Made by a program: the position numbers and the translations under genes. DNA of 63,624 nucleotides, filler included, from Folioceros fuciformis (Eukaryota), in NCBI GenBank assembly GCA_049999805.1. It is 7 parts of 7 records of this genome, joined end to end, with 100 filler letters (N's around TTAATTAATTAA, not from the genome) between each part and the next. Parts side by side here need not be neighbours in the genome. Positions count along the whole stretch, not along the records: positions 1 to 21,691 come from JBNGIO010006235.1; positions 21,792 to 37,531 come from JBNGIO010006236.1; 5 more parts are not named here. The stretch is one strand, 5' to 3'. The notes beneath the pieces are model-generated. The model made no database searches. It was not told the DNA's origin and saw only the letters and a program-made list of their open reading frames with translations. Below are positions 15,762-29,947 of the stretch, one piece after another; position 1 is the stretch's first letter, and every line of letters begins with the position of its first letter.

Positions 15762-16312
15762 ATGTCGCACAATCCTTCACATCTGATGCCCTCCGGTAAG
15801 ATTGGTGTTGCTTTTTGAATTGCATCTCACAGGGGATGCACATGTCTGTCAATTGGTATGTGATTGTAAGGGGGTGTGTGTGTTTGTCGGACGTTGCAGA
15901 GTTGATCGACAGATGCATAGGATCCAAGATTTGGGTGATAATGAAGGGCGACAAGGAGCTTGTGGGCACGCTGCGAGGGTTTGATGTGTACGTCAACATG
16001 GTGTTGGAGGACGTAACGGAATAGTATGTGAACTTGACGCTCCTCTGCTGCGTCCCTGGCTGGTTGAAGGAAATTCGGAGCTGCAGCTGACTATTTCGTC
16101 TTTGGATTACAGTGAGATCACACCGGAGGGACGTCGGATAACCAAGCTCGATCAGATCCTCCTGAACGGGAACAACATCGCCATCGTGAGTTCTACATTC
16201 CTGTATTTTCTATTCCTGGAAAGAGCGCTAGTTCTGACCTAACCTAGCACAACCTTACATAACCCGTTTGTCTTGTTCGATGTAGCTTGTTCCTGGCAGT
16301 GGACCGGAGTAA
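15762..16312 (+). CDS. LSM5: Sm-like protein LSm5, 4 exons
   Basis: Spliced product [85 protein letters not shown]. Confidence 0.96.
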
Positions 16313-16524
16313 CAGGAGTGGCTTTCATGAGGACACGCCGCTGCGGCCGTGACCATAATTGGACGCGGAAACGATGTGAGAGTTTGCTAGTAGGCACGCT
16401 GCTTATCCTGATCCGCTATGTGTTCAGTGGATGAGAAATCTCAACTCCTTCGTACCTCTCAATCGTTTCAAACTACCGATTTGATGAAAGTGGTGCACGC
16501 AAAAAAATTGTGTACTTTTATCTG

Positions 16525-18932
16525 TCAATTTGGAGAAAATGGTGGTCTTGCGTCCACATGAACGTGTCTTCCATACAACCACTGACCTAAAACGCTAGCA
16601 AAGAAGGCACCACTTAAACCTGCATCAGTAGTTAATCCGAACAGGATGACACCTTCGGATGCAATGACCGATGATGGGGCGTCTCCTGCCGTCAACTGCC
16701 AATCCGAGGCTGTTGAGAGGTTGGCTCCTGCTGCACTCACTTCGTAAAGGGACGTCTTCGGGAAACTAGATGCAAGCTGTAGCAATCACGACAGATGCAT
16801 CAAAGTCAGCCAAGGAGCGGCCTCTACGTTCAAACTAATACGCCGAAAGTTGCACTGCTCACCTCATCCAGTGCGGCCTTTCCGTTGATCCCCGAGACAT
16901 TGGCAACCACTGCTTTCAGTTTTGCACTGCCAACAAGCTGACAGAGACGGAGAGACATTCGTAGAGACACGGCAGTCATTAACCAGAATGCAATCTCAAT
17001 AAAATATACTAAGCAGTGCAGAAAGAAAACTCAATCTGCATGGCTTACTTTACGCTTTAGCCCTTCAGCAGCAGTTTGGACAGCCTGCTGGAGGCCTACG
17101 ACTTGCGCAGCCCAGCCCACCTTGATGGAGTTCTCGGGGGCGGCGAATAGTAGCACAGCAGCCCACTCCCCAAGCGATCCCTCCTTGCTCTCCAAGTTGG
17201 CCAGGCTGAGAAACCCGCCACCACCCAAGGTCATGACTCCCGAGAACGAAGGCAGCTCTTCCGGTAAGAGCTTGGTCAGCAAGGCTGCAGCATCTGCTGC
17301 TTTCACACCTGCATTCAAACGGAGACAGCTTTGCTTAGCTTCAAATGCACGAGGAACGTTGCCTCAGGAAGACGAAATGCCACATCCACTCATTTCAGTT
17401 GAAGCACTATTACCAGCTGGGATACGGCTCTGAGGAGGCCTGCTCAGGGAAAAGACAGACACGATTGCCAAAGGTCGTTTCAACGAGCTCAACGCTGCAC
17501 GGAAAGCAGCTTCGACGGCCTCCTGCTGAGACTTCCCAGTGGCAAACCCATGCCCAACCATAGTCCCATCTGTACCCTGGATGGCAGACTGGATAGTAGA
17601 TGCAACCGACTGGGCAGCACCTTCTAGCTGCTGCAGATACCTGCTCCTGCCAAACCAAAACCCCCGACCCGATCTCCCCGAGAGTTCAGGTTCCACGACC
17701 CGCACCTTCCTCCCTCCCTCCTGCACCGGCTGCTGCCTCCCCTTTGCAACCACCATCCCACATGCAACAACAATGCCGGACAGCAGAGCTGCAGCCTGGA
17801 AGATGGGATCATTTGGAAGCCCTCTCGCAACCCTCCACACGGACGACACCTGCGACGTTTTCTGGATCTCAAACTGAAGACAAAACACCACCAGCACAAA
17901 ATAACATCAGCCAGGCTACCCCTCTGTTCACTGCAACAGAACGGATCTGTGCTATCAAGCAAGACTGGGGGCTGTTTTCTACCTTGAAATGAACAACGAC
18001 TGGCAAGAAAGAGGCCTGAGCAAACGGTCAGAGCAAAGACAGGATCCTTCATTCTGTAGAACCACGGGACGGGACAATTCAGCTACTATGGCCTCAACTT
18101 CACATCATGGTGAGCAAAAGTGGCGACAGGGGCATCAGGCAAGTACATGTGATGGCTCATCTGGAGGCAGCAAAAGAATCTGGCCGACTCGAATCCGGTC
18201 CTCGTAATTCAGCTTGTTCACGGAAATCAACGCCTTGAGCTTCACTCCGTGCCTCGCAGCTATATCCGCAAGATAATCCCCAGGCTGGACCATATACTCC
18301 ACCTTAGCCTCCTCCAAGGGTTCCGAGCCTCGCGATTCGCCAGCCCCTACTCCCCTGCCGTTGATGCTCCCATCCTGGCCTTTTCCCGACGACTCAGCCG
18401 CAAGAAATGCGGCCCCGTCGTCCTGTCCCCGCTTGGCCACATCCAGCTCCGCCTCCGCTTGGGGCTCCGATTCCGCTTCCAGAGACTCCACAATCTCCAC
18501 AGAATGCCGGAGAGGGAGAGCTTCCCGGGGGTCTTCCACAAAGCCTGCTTTCGGCTTGGGTATGAGGATCACCTGCCGGGGAAACACCCGGTCCAGGTTC
18601 ACGCTCGGGTTGAGCGCCTGCAGATCCTGCACACGGACTCCAAGCCTTTCCGCCAGCTCCGACACCCACTCGCCTTCTTTCAGCCGATACTGCTGCGCCT
18701 CCTTCTCAGGCGCCGCCTTTGCCCGTTCCTTCTCCGACGCCCCCTTTCCCTGATCCTTTTCGTTTTGCCATTTCTTGATCCTTCTGACCACCAGCATAGC
18801 CCCCTCGCCTCCTGGCGCGGCTGAGACGCGTCTGGCAGCCACCACCTTGACGAGCGAAGAGGACTGTCCGTTCCGGATGGCTTTCATGCAGCTCGCGCCG
18901 GGGGCTTGCCAGGCCAGCACTGTGGCTTCCAT
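16525..18932 (-). CDS. ~621-aa protein: putative transit peptide, two LysM domains, a hydrophobic segment and a FIST-N-like C-terminal domain
   Basis: Six phase-compatible GT-AG exons: 18932-18147, 18015-17983, 17873-17414, 17308-17049, 16937-16863, 16776-16525. LysM motifs YRLKEGEWVSELAERLGV...LNP...QVILIP and YMVQPGDYLADIAARHGV...VN...GQILLLP. The FIST-like call is by eye. Confidence 0.75.
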
Positions 18933-19396
18933 GGCCGACAGGCTTGCTCGGCGGAAGCCAGCTCGAATAGCGAGCCGTCGGCTACCTTTGAAAGCGGATG
19001 ACACAAGACGACGCGCCAAACGTGGATTTCAAACCGGCCGCACCCTAAACTGTTAACGATGAAGCATGTAAATGACTCAAGGTGTTACCTTCCAAGGCCA
19101 TGAAGTGTTAACTTCCATCCACAGGAGAGGACAGCGAAGGATAATATTAACAATCACCATATGTCAGACATCCAGCTCTAGTGGGCTCTGAATTGGGAAC
19201 AGGAAGATTAAGCGACCTGAGAGCCTCCTTGTCTGAATGGCAAAATCTAAGTTCTAGGAAGATCTAGGGGCTACAGGATCCCGGACGGATGAGGATGGCC
19301 GCGGCATGGGAAGAATTTTGCAGACAAATTGAGTCCAACAGAGCAATCTTCAACAAGACGGTTTTTTGATACATGTTTTACAATACAATCCCCACA

Positions 19397-21652
19397 TCAG
19401 GAAGGCCCGAAGTAGAACAAGCATCCGTGACTTGAAGACTCTCGGATTAGGCTTCCACGGCATTTGCCTCTGGAAAATTGTATACCAGTTTCGCTGCGGC
19501 ATGTCGGACGGTCAAGTGAGGGAAGGAGAACACAAGAAAGTTGACCAAAAAGAGGAGGAAGGGAGANNNNNNNNNNNNNNNNNNNNNNNNNNNNNNNNNN
19601 NNNNNNNNNNNNNNNNNNNNNNNNNNNNNNNNNNNNNNNNNNNNNNNNNNNNNNNNNNNNNNNNNNAGGGTGGGCACCTTTCTTCGCTGGTCTGACGGCC
19701 GCTTGGGCAGCTTCTGCTGCAGCTTCGGCAGCTTCTGCCTCTTGCTCTGCAGCCTCAGCCTCTCTGGCGGCCAGCTCCGCTGCGGTCGCTGCAGCCTCTG
19801 CCTCCGCAACCGCCTGGGCAGCTGCTCTAGCAGCTTCCTGCGCATTTTTCATCCTGGCCCGGGCGAGATCAACATTCTTCTGGGCTTTCTTCACGCCGAA
19901 ATTCCCTCGCGCTTTCTTCGTAGCTTCCCGCGGAAATCTGGGGCTGTGTTTCAGCTCTGCGTCCGTATCGTGGCCCCGCATTGGCCGCAGCTTGGCAGGC
20001 TTTGCCCCATTTATTGATGGCGGTGATGTCTCACTGTTGCTGATTTTGTAATTCTGGCGCAACTGCCACAAACACGAGGGAGTTCACAGCATCAACATGT
20101 GCTTCCAACGCCCCCCTACTAAAAACTAGAGGGCACAAGCTCGTACGAAACGGTACCTTCACCAGCTTGCCTTCCGTGCTAAGCTGCTTCAACTTTGCTG
20201 TTAAAAGTCTCCGGAAGTTGGTGGGGACAGGATGATGCTCCTGCACATGAGCAAATACAAATTCATCGGTAAAAACAAGTTTAACACATGTGAAGGATCG
20301 ATCCGCCAGTACGAAATGGCTAGGGGCCAGGGGGAAACAGAGACACAACAGCAAGCATCTTGGACATTTGACGAGTATCTGGGTTAGAATGACGGACAAC
20401 GTTGACGCTGGTGATTGTTGAGCTCTAAGCTCTGGATGCCGGATGAGCGTTGGAGATGAATGTGCTCACCTCAATGTAAGTTGCAATGGCACCGGAGTTT
20501 GACCCGTTCCGATCGTTGGCAACTCTGATGGCCTCCATCACAAACTCATCAAATCTGGAACAATTGAGACACGTTCAATGAAGCTGAAATATTCCAAGTC
20601 AGCAGATGAGGTCCTCCACCACTGCTAGAGGTACTACCTCCATGGCATACTGAGGGGCAAAATAATAATAATAAAATAGTAATAACAGTTAATCCATACC
20701 TTGGTCCAAGGAGTTTCCCGGACATGAACTCAGGGTCTGCCAATATCATAGATTTGCCATCAGCCAATCCATCAGGACTGGCAAGGCCCAGAGGATTAGG
20801 ATCCTCAAGACCAAGGCTGAGCAAATCCGTTGCTGCTGTTATAGCAAGCGGTTTCGATGACCTGTCTCTGGATGCGTGACCATTGGAGCTCACACTCATG
20901 TTCCTCCATTTGTCCTGCGAAAGGAGAACAAAGAGGCAGCCATGTTAACCCATATCCCAGAACCTCCCCGCTGGCTGACATATTGAGGTTCAAGTCCAGC
21001 TCACTCAGAACATTGCCTGCTGACCAGCAACTGCTAGCCTCGTCCACAGATCGTCCAACCTAGACAACATGTTACACAAATTGCCAAGGAAGGAAACCCT
21101 AGATCGTCCATACAGCCAAACCTAAGGCAAGTCCCATCCCGGTGATATGTGGAATCGAGAGCACAAACCTAAGGCTAAGGAGCGACTACAAATATCAAGA
21201 AGCCAGAAGTTAGGGATTGTCATGGCGATGGTGAGTGGGGGAATATTAAAGATTTGGTATACACGCCCTAACTGTCACTCTAACTCCTAGGGAGGGCAGA
21301 GGCGGCACATTCCCGTGGCAGGAGTAGACATCTCCCGGTTTGAAGTGGTGCAACAGCAGCCCTAAGTAGGCCAAATCTTCCAACCTAATTGAGCTTGTGT
21401 GAAGCTGGCAGGCAATCTCGGACCGTGCTGCACATCTAACCCTAAGATTGGAATTGGTGAGGAAGCTGGAAACAGGGCAGGAGCAGGGCGAAGGTATTTC
21501 ACCTTAAGATCGACATTGGAGCGGGAGGTGAGAGAGGGGCCGAATTTGGCGTCTTTTTGTATGTGGCGCCACTTGCCAGGCCCGTACTTCTCCACACCCG
21601 CTCGCAGTGCAGCCTCCTCCTCCGGAGTCCATTTCTGCTTGGGAGCCCCCAT
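19397..21652 (-). CDS. TRB: Single-myb-histone / telomere repeat-binding factor (TRB/SMH family)
   Basis: Telobox Myb [31 protein letters not shown]...RSNVDLK|DKWRN, an H1/H5 globular domain ([32 protein letters not shown]) and an Ala/Glu-rich coiled coil. The 3' end is uncertain because of the N gap at 19567-19666. Confidence 0.92.
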
Positions 21653-21735
21653 GGAACCCTCCCCCCTAGCCCCCTACGCTCCGACTCTAGANNNNNNNNN
21701 NNNNNNNNNNNNNNNNNNNNNNNNNNNNNNNNNNN

Positions 21736-21747
21736 TTAATTAATTAA
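21736..21747. other. Artificial contig linker TTAATTAATTAA (also at 37576, 48138, 54099, 58553, 62138)
   Basis: Identical 12-mer with stops in all six frames, padded by N runs on both sides. Confidence 0.97.
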
Positions 21748-21865
21748 NNNNNNNNNNNNNNNNNNNNNNNNNNNNNNNNNNNNNNNNNNNNCAATTCCAA
21801 CCCCCTCTATTGAGGCTGTGAGGCGTTCCCTCACCTGGTTTCTTTTCTGCGCATCTTGGCCGCAG

Positions 21866-24800
21866 GAAAGTAAAATTCTCAAGTTCCTGGGGTTTATGTG
21901 GAATCCGCTGTCGTGGGTGATGGAAGCCGCTGCGATCATCGCCATTGGCGCTGCAAACGGAAGCGTAAGTGAGCGGGACGTGTTCTGGATGAAAACATTC
22001 TTGCGATTCATCTTAGCAAAGCTGATGCAGGAGCTGGCTTTGAGGATTGCAGGGCCAACCGCCGGATTGGCAGGATTTTGTAGGCATCATTATTTTGCTT
22101 GTCATCAACTCCACTATTTCTTTCATCGAGGAGAACAATGCGGGGAATGCCGCCGCGGCGCTCATGGCCCGTCTTGCTCCAAAAGCTAAAGTAGGAAGCA
22201 TGTTGCCACACACTGACCAGTGTGGTGCTATTTTAAGTTTATCTATTTCCGCCAATTTTGTTCACTGTTTTCTTGTGATTGGTTGGCTCGAAATTTGCTC
22301 TCATCTGCCCGTATGAGTGCAGGTGCTTCGCGATGGACGCTGGGGCGAGGTGGACGCCCAGATTCTCGTGCCTGGGGATATCATTAGCATCAAACTTGGC
22401 GACATTGTGCCTGCTGATGCACGTCTTCTCGAAGGCGATCCCCTCAAGATTGACCAGGTTACTTCCGCTTATGGGCTCCTTCCGCCCGAGTAATTCTTGT
22501 GATTGTGAAGAAAGATTGCTAGGGACACCATCATGATCGGCGTCACGAGTTGTTGTTGTTGTGACGCAGTCGGCTCTCACCGGTGAGTCTCTCCCCGTCA
22601 CGAAGAAGCCCGGGGATGAAGTGTACTCCGGATCCACCTGCAAGCAGGGTGAGATCGAAGGTGTTGTTATTGCCACTGGAGTCCACACCTTCTTTGGGAA
22701 GGCTGCCCATCTGGTGGATTCCACCAACCAAGTTGGACATTTCCAAAAGGTTTGGAACGCACCCCGCAAGCTTCCAGATGCTGGCCACCTTACTGATGAA
22801 CCAGCCCGCATCTCACACTGCTCCACGTGGCCTCTTGCTGCGCAGGTGCTCACGAGCATTGGAAGTTTCTGTATCATCTCCATTGTTATTGGCATTGTGG
22901 TGGAGGTCATCGTCATGTACCCTATTCAAAAGCGGGCTTACCGTGATGGCATCAATAACTTGCTGGTGCTCCTTATTGGAGGAATTCCCATTGCCATGCC
23001 CACTGTGTTGTCCGTCACCATGGCTATCGGGTCTCACAGTCTCTCTCAGCAGGTTGGAGTCCACGCAGACTACCTACCACTGTTTCGTTTAGCTCACTGC
23101 CAGCCCACATGCTAACTATGTATGGATGCATGTGCTGGCAGGGAGCTATCACAAAGCGTATGACAGCTATTGAGGAGATGGCTGGGATGGACGTACTCTG
23201 CAGTGACAAGACTGGGACGCTGACGCTTAACAAGCTTACTGTGGATAACAATCTAATTGAGGTCGGGAGTTCATCCGCAGTAGTTGCTTACCAAGGGGAG
23301 CTTTTGTCGGATATTCACCTCAAGTCTTGGCATTGTGTTTACTTCAGGTATTCGGGAAAGGGATCACCAGAGAGCAAGTGGTGTTGCTAGCAGCGAGAGC
23401 TTCACGAACAGAAAACCAGGACGCTATCGACGGTGCCATTGTCAACATGCTGGCCGATCCTAAGGAGGTAAGCTCCAAAGATTAGTAGAAACGTTCTTTC
23501 AGCTGTTTTGAAGGCGGAGCCCGTAGCTGAAGGAGACAATTTAAATACCCTGTGCAGGCACGTGCTGGCATTCAAGAGGTTCACTTTCTCCCTTTTAATC
23601 CCACGGACAAGCGTACTGCCATTACCTACATTGATTCTGAAGGGAAGTGGTGGAGAGCAAGCAAAGGAGCCCCAGAGCAGGTGCATTCTCAGCATTTGCA
23701 AGTCTGCTCAGCTCGTTGGCCGAAGCGTGTCTCGCCTACCGCTGCGTCTGACGCTGGTTACGCTCACGGTTTGGATGCAGATTCTGGAGCTAACTGCCAA
23801 CAAGAATGAAATCGCTTCCAAAGTTCACACTATTATTGATAATTTTGCAGAGCGTGGTCTGCGCTCCCTGGGTGTGGCTATGCAAGTAAGATGCCAGTCT
23901 TGTTGTTGATGTTGTTGTCCATCTGTGGCACGCGTCTCCTGAGTTTGGCGCGGGTGCACGATGCAGGAAGTACCGGACAAGAGCAAGGAGAGTGCGGGCG
24001 GTCCCTGGCAATTTTGCGGGCTGATGCCCCTCTTTGATCCGCCTCGTCACGACAGTGCTGAGACCATCAAGCGCGCTCTCAACCTTGGTGTGAACGTGAA
24101 GATGATCACAGGTGAGCTTGCTGTTCATGATGATACGTGGCAAGCTATTTGAATCAGTTTCTGATTGCGATCTGAGCTGCTTCTCGTCTTCTCATCAGGT
24201 GATCAGCTGGCTATTGCCAAAGAGACGGGAAGACGACTGGGAATGGGTTCTAACATGTACCCGTCCTCATCACTGTTGGGACAGCATAAGGATGCGTCAC
24301 TAGCGGCGTTGCCAGTGGAGGAGCTTATCGAGAAGGCTGATGGCTTTGCCGGAGTTTTTCCAGGTACTGGACTTGACAAAACCTGGCATTACCTGTCACA
24401 TTGCTCAACAAACGTTACCCATCTGATCAAGTTGTTCTGCCTCCAGAGCACAAGTACGAAATTGTGAAGAAGCTTCAGGAGATGAAGCACATATGTGGCA
24501 TGACTGGTGATGGAGTGAACGATGCCCCTGCGTTGAAGAAAGCAGACATTGGCATCGCCGTGGCAGATGCCACAGATGCCGCAAGGAGTGCTTCCGACAT
24601 TGTGCTTACTGAGCCTGGACTCAGTGTGATCATCAGTGCTGTGCTCACGAGCAGGGCCATCTTCCAAAGAATGAAAAACTACACGGTGAGGAGAATGCAC
24701 ACCCCAGCTACTGGTCGTTCTGCTGGGTTCCAGATAGCCGAGAAGGATCTGTTGCTGATTCTCTGATTCATGGGTTTTGTAGATCTACGCCGTTTCCATC

Positions 24801-26263
24801 ACCATCCGTATAGTGGTAAGATCATGCATCTCCTGCGACTTCTGCTTGATTTAGTGCACTCCAGATGAGCAAGTATATCACTTAACGCATATGCGATATC
24901 TGGTCTTGGCACAGCTTGGCTTTCTGCTTCTGGCACTCATCTGGAAGTTTGACTTCTCTCCGTTCATGGTGCTGATCATTGCCATTCTGAACGACGGTGA
25001 GACTCCGGGCGCTCTATGGACGTTATCGCTCCTTTGAAGAAGTTTTCCTCCAGCTTGCCTTGATCCTATCTGATATGATCTGCCATGTTTGGAGCTGGTT
25101 TAATCAGGTACCATTATGACTATCTCAAAAGATCGTGTTAAGCCGTCTCCCACCCCGGATAGCTGGAAACTCAAAGAGATTTTCGCCATCGGGGTTGTCT
25201 TGGGAACTTACATGGCCATCATGACTGTCGTCTTCTTCTATCTCATTCACGACACCAATTTCTTCCCCGTAAGTTTTCATGGGCCGTCCAATCGCTTGTC
25301 TATCACTGGAGAAATGACTCACTGAGTTGGGGCCTTGAATTCGTCGTGAAGAACGCCTTCGGAGTCAAGCACATCAGAGGCCGGAAGAGCATGGAGACGT
25401 CTGCAGTGTATCTGCAAGTGAGTATTGTCAGCCAGGCCCTCATTTTTGTCACCAGATCCCGGGGCCTGTCCTACTTTGAGCGGCCTGGCACTCTGCTTCT
25501 CGTCGCATTCGCTCTAGCTCAGCTGGTAAACCGTATAAACTTTCCCCCTTGGTGCTTGTGTATGTTGCGAACAGTTGAAGCATTTGTAACCAATACATAT
25601 CACGTCCTTCCTTCCTGTGCTGCAACAGATCGCCACAGTCCTGGCCGCCCATGCGGTGTGGGGATTTGCCGGAATTAGGGGAGTCGGCTGGGGGTGGGCT
25701 GGGGTAATCTGGCTCTACAGTATCATTTTCTACATACCTCTAGATTTCATCAAGATCTTTGTCCGCTACGTGCTGAGTGGTGCTGCATGGAACAACATGA
25801 TCGAGAGCAAGGTGATTTTTCCTGCCTGCCTTCAATCAACATTCCCGCTTAGATTTTCTGAAACAAGAACGATCCATCTGACTTCGGCTATCCTGGTGAT
25901 TGCAGACTGCTTTCACCACCCAGAAAGACTTCGGTAAGGAGGAACGCCAGGCTCAATGGGCTCTTGCTCAGCGGACGCTCCACGGACTGGGCCCACCAGA
26001 GACCAAGATGTCCACTGACCGCAGCACATTCCGGGAGTTGTCCGACATCGCGGAGCAAGCCAAACGGCGAGCTGAGATTGCGAGGTAACTCTCAGTTAGC
26101 AGTGTCTGTTGGCATGTTCTCTAAATTCGTCTCATCACCCTCTTTCAAAATGGTGTCTTCATTCAGGTTGAGAGAATTGCACACCCTGAAGGGACACGTC
26201 GAATCGGTGGTGAGGCTGAAGAATTTGGACATCTCAACCATCCAGCAGTCTTATACGGTGTAG
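21866..26263 (+). CDS. AHA: Plasma-membrane P3A H+-ATPase, penultimate-Thr type; 5' exon(s) cut off at the contig edge
   Basis: [61 protein letters not shown], and C-terminus [24 protein letters not shown]. Confidence 0.97.
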
Positions 26264-28141
26264 AGCATTTTGTGACAACATGGTCGAGCATTTTGTCATG
26301 ATAGATGTTGGGGGTGCTCATCCGTGTTGAGCATACCATGGAAACCTTTGGTATCTCTCAGCATGCAGCCTTCAAATTAGGCAAATAGGCACCAGACTCG
26401 GGTGGAGAAGTTGGCATTGTGAGTAGCTTTGTATTGTAGGAGACAGACTTATTTTTATCATATATGTCAGTGCAATCCACACTTCCACAGCTCAACTTAC
26501 AAATATGACTTCACACCAACTTGAAGCTTAGCTCCAACATACATTTCGTGCACAGCTACACAGTGTGAACAGCACTGCCACCTACACTTTACCAACCCAT
26601 GTACGTAAGGACATCCATCGACATCTGCGCCTTTTATATCACCTTTGCCGGAAGTATAAACAAGTGGCCTGGACTGCATACTTCGCCCCAAGCCAAGATT
26701 ACGGCCGTGATGCCACGTCATCAAGGACAACTTCTCCGGTCGTGGACCGGACATCCACCCTATTGTGCTTACACATGCCAACCTCCTACCCCATGCTCAA
26801 CCGCGCTCATCCACGGCCTTCCCATCTTGCAAGCCAGCATTAAGTGGAACCGCGAGCGTAATTGATCTGGTTCGGGTAATGAAGGGTAGCCATGACAGTG
26901 AGCCTGTGATTTTGCGAGACTCTAAATAAATCAGCGTGCGCCTTGGCCATCTCCGAGAACGAAGAAGTTTGCTGGAGACGAACGCCAAGCACTCCAGGAG
27001 ACAGCAGCGCAAACAACTTCTCTGAAGTGTCCAAAGGTCATCTCTGGTAGAAGTGCAGTGCACCAAGGACGGCCTGGTAAGGAACCACGACCTGGATGCC
27101 GAAACAAAGGACATGGTTACAACCATCTTCAGTAGCTTGTGTGGACACCACGCCAATGACCTTCGCGTCCAACGCAGAGCCCACTGGAAAGCAAACACCC
27201 CACCCCTACAGCCGTGGCGTGCACCAGGCTTCACTTGAAGTGTGAGCTGTCTCAAGCCCTCTACTCTCCCACCTAGGTGTTGTCTCTCGCAGACCAACCA
27301 GTTGTAATTCGTGAGCGTACATATCAATTTGCCTCAGCTACATACCCTGCCATCATGCCCTTGAGCAGCGCAATTCCTACGGCGGGATCATTGGGGTCGG
27401 AAGGCAAGACAACCCACCCGCTTTCACAACGGTTTCCTCAGCATACCTTCCATTGATCTCTACGAAGACTACCCCATCCCCATGGCTGCTTCTCTTGCTT
27501 CAAGGAAACCCTGCTCTGTAACAAGCCCTTGCCGCTATGTTCACGTGCTAGTTACCTCAAAGCAAGCTGAATGTCACACCTGGCAGGCTCTTCAGAATCA
27601 ATCCAGCGCTCCAGCAGACGCAGTGACGTCTCCAGACATATGCTTAGTCACGTCTTGGGTGATCCATGTATCACCGGGGTTTAGGAAACTACACAGACGA
27701 AGCTGTGCGTGGTGCCGCAAGCCTGCTGATGACTCACATGCATGAATCCGCTAGTCCTCGTACGAGAGTTCCACTGGCTTCAGTGAACGCGAACGTAGGG
27801 CCCTATGCTGTGGTGACTCGTAGGTTGCATCTTGAAACCACGCAATCACACTTAACATTTGATGTACGCTCACAACTTACAACTCGTTGGTCTGCTAGAC
27901 TGACTACCTAGGTGTACTATTAAAGCACTTTGACATCGATGCGGAGTGTCCACTATTAACAGGGATGCCACACTCTGAAGCAGAGATCTACTGGCCCAGC
28001 CGACGGACTCCAAACATGATTTGAGCCCGACTTGATGTGTAAAGCACAGCACAATATTCCTGCCAAGAAAGACCAGCCTCCCGTTAGAATGGACAGGAAA
28101 CGTACGTAATTCCACTTGACTGCTATTCAGCGAACACGGTT

Positions 28142-28958
28142 TCACTCACACAGAGGAACCAGCTTCCACTTCTGATTCTCCTGTTTGTTCCACTTGTAGA
28201 GAATGACCCTGTTGTGTTCCTTCACACCTCCGTGCTCTTTATCCGCATGATCTGCATCCAAGTTTAACTTTGTGTTATCCGCTGGCCTGATAGTCCTGTA
28301 CCCGTCCCCGAGATCATCACTCAGACTCCAAAGCGTGCTCTTGTCGACATCATCCTCACGGTAAGGAACAAGGGTCACCTGTTTCACAAGGCAGCAAAGC
28401 AACAGTAAGCTTAGAAGACTTCAGGTTTCATTCGCACTCATTTGTGCGACTGAAACAAGCCACGACTCTCAGATGGATCCTCGTGGACAAAAGCAAACCA
28501 CAGGAGTGTGATCCTTGTGCTCCTTTCCAACAGTGGTGTGTCGGAGCGCAAGGTGAGACGCCTTGTTGACAAGAACAAAGGTCGGATGACCCGAATCGTC
28601 CTTCAGCCTATCTCCCGGCGAATCATCCTTGTACCATTGCTGTCCAGCAGAAGTGCACATTGAAAATGAACTCCAGACAAATACAAAACAAAAAGCCCTG
28701 AACTGAAGTCGACCAACTGCGCACCTGGCTGGAATCGTGCTCACTGCCCTTGGACAGCACAACAGAGTCACCCTCCACAGTCAGGAGGTATCGGGGATCC
28801 GCCTTAGGGTAGATCTTGACCAGCTCCCCTTTGATCTCGTTCAGAGATGAAGGACGGGGATAGTGTGGAGCACGATGCGGCTCAGCAAAGTGAGGGGGCC
28901 CGGGAAACGGATGCGCCAATTGGTGTGGCACGTCATGAGGATGATGACCACCTCCCAT
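28142..28958 (-). CDS. Euonymus-related lectin (EUL; ricin-B-like, OSR40/EULS type) with a His/Pro-rich N-terminus
   Basis: Exons 28958-28725, 28639-28502 and 28378-28142 give QQWYKD...KDDSGHPTFVLVNKAS...LWSLSDDLGDGYRTIR...LNLDADHADKEHGGVKE...YKWNKQENQKWK. Confidence 0.88.
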
Positions 28959-29947
28959 GTTGCAAGACCTGTCAAACAGTTGGCCTCAAGTGCTCTCCCA
29001 ACACATGAGTTAGGAGAAGCAACAGGTCCGAGACACTTACCAGCGTCTTCTGTATGAAACAAAGGAACAGGGTTTCAAGCGGAGAAACCTTCAGCCCAGG
29101 CGATCTACAGATGGCGATGCAGGAGACAATTATGAGGTGCAGGGCAACTACTTTCCAATTTCCCTTGCAGGCACCGCCCACTGTGTTCTCACTAGTGCAT
29201 TGCCCAACGCGACAAGTACACGACAGGTGGCGTCACTTAGACTGGGACTCCTACGTAGCCCCCACACTTCAGCCCCTTAACTGAAGTGCTCATGGGCTTC
29301 GCTAACGGTGTACCTCTTTGTTAGTGCCTGAGCTCTTCAGATAACGGTCTCAGTCTTCACAGTGAGGAGGCTAGTGCCTTAACACAGGTGGGACCATTAC
29401 ACAGCATCAGACGAGAGAGACACGGGTAGCAGTACAGACACCGGACATCAAAATGCTCAGGGTAGCACATCCTCCCTGGTCGAATTGTTACATAAATTCA
29501 CAACAACCAAGGCGTCAAAATAGATCAGATAGCAGTCCATGGCACCTCATGATCCAGGCGTCGCTACAAAGCTGTGGTGTTCTATCCTGCAACAAACTTT
29601 GACCTTCTAAATGTTTTTCTTCTGGGGGCCTACTGTTCTTGCTACCCATTTGCCGAGAAAGTCAATATTTAGTGATGCACAAACATTAAGACGCTTGTGT
29701 CATCAGATAGGTCTATAATTAGACATATATGTCTGAACAGAAACACACCCAAGGAAATCGCAGCATGCGGCATCGTTGAGGAACCAAGTAGCTATGGTGT
29801 AGCATGCTAGAATTTCCTCCTTGTGCAATGGTGCCACATACCCTACTCATGCTGTACCATCCGCATTGATGTGTACTGCTAATGCCTCAACTTCCTGCAC
29901 CTTGTGATCTTCCCGCCGAAGGTGCACACTGACAGGAGGACTGCTCC

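Noticed and set aside
21692-21791. Palindromic TTAATTAATTAA as a biological motif, and gene clustering across such sites
   Set aside because: It is an artificial linker between contigs, so neighbourhoods across linkers (e.g. kinase next to copia) may not be real.
26240-26263. YTV C-terminus of the H+-ATPase as a novelty
   Set aside because: This is the well-known 14-3-3-binding penultimate-Thr motif.
26497-27911. Short ORFs between AHA and EUL
   Set aside because: No recognisable motifs or consistent splice structure.
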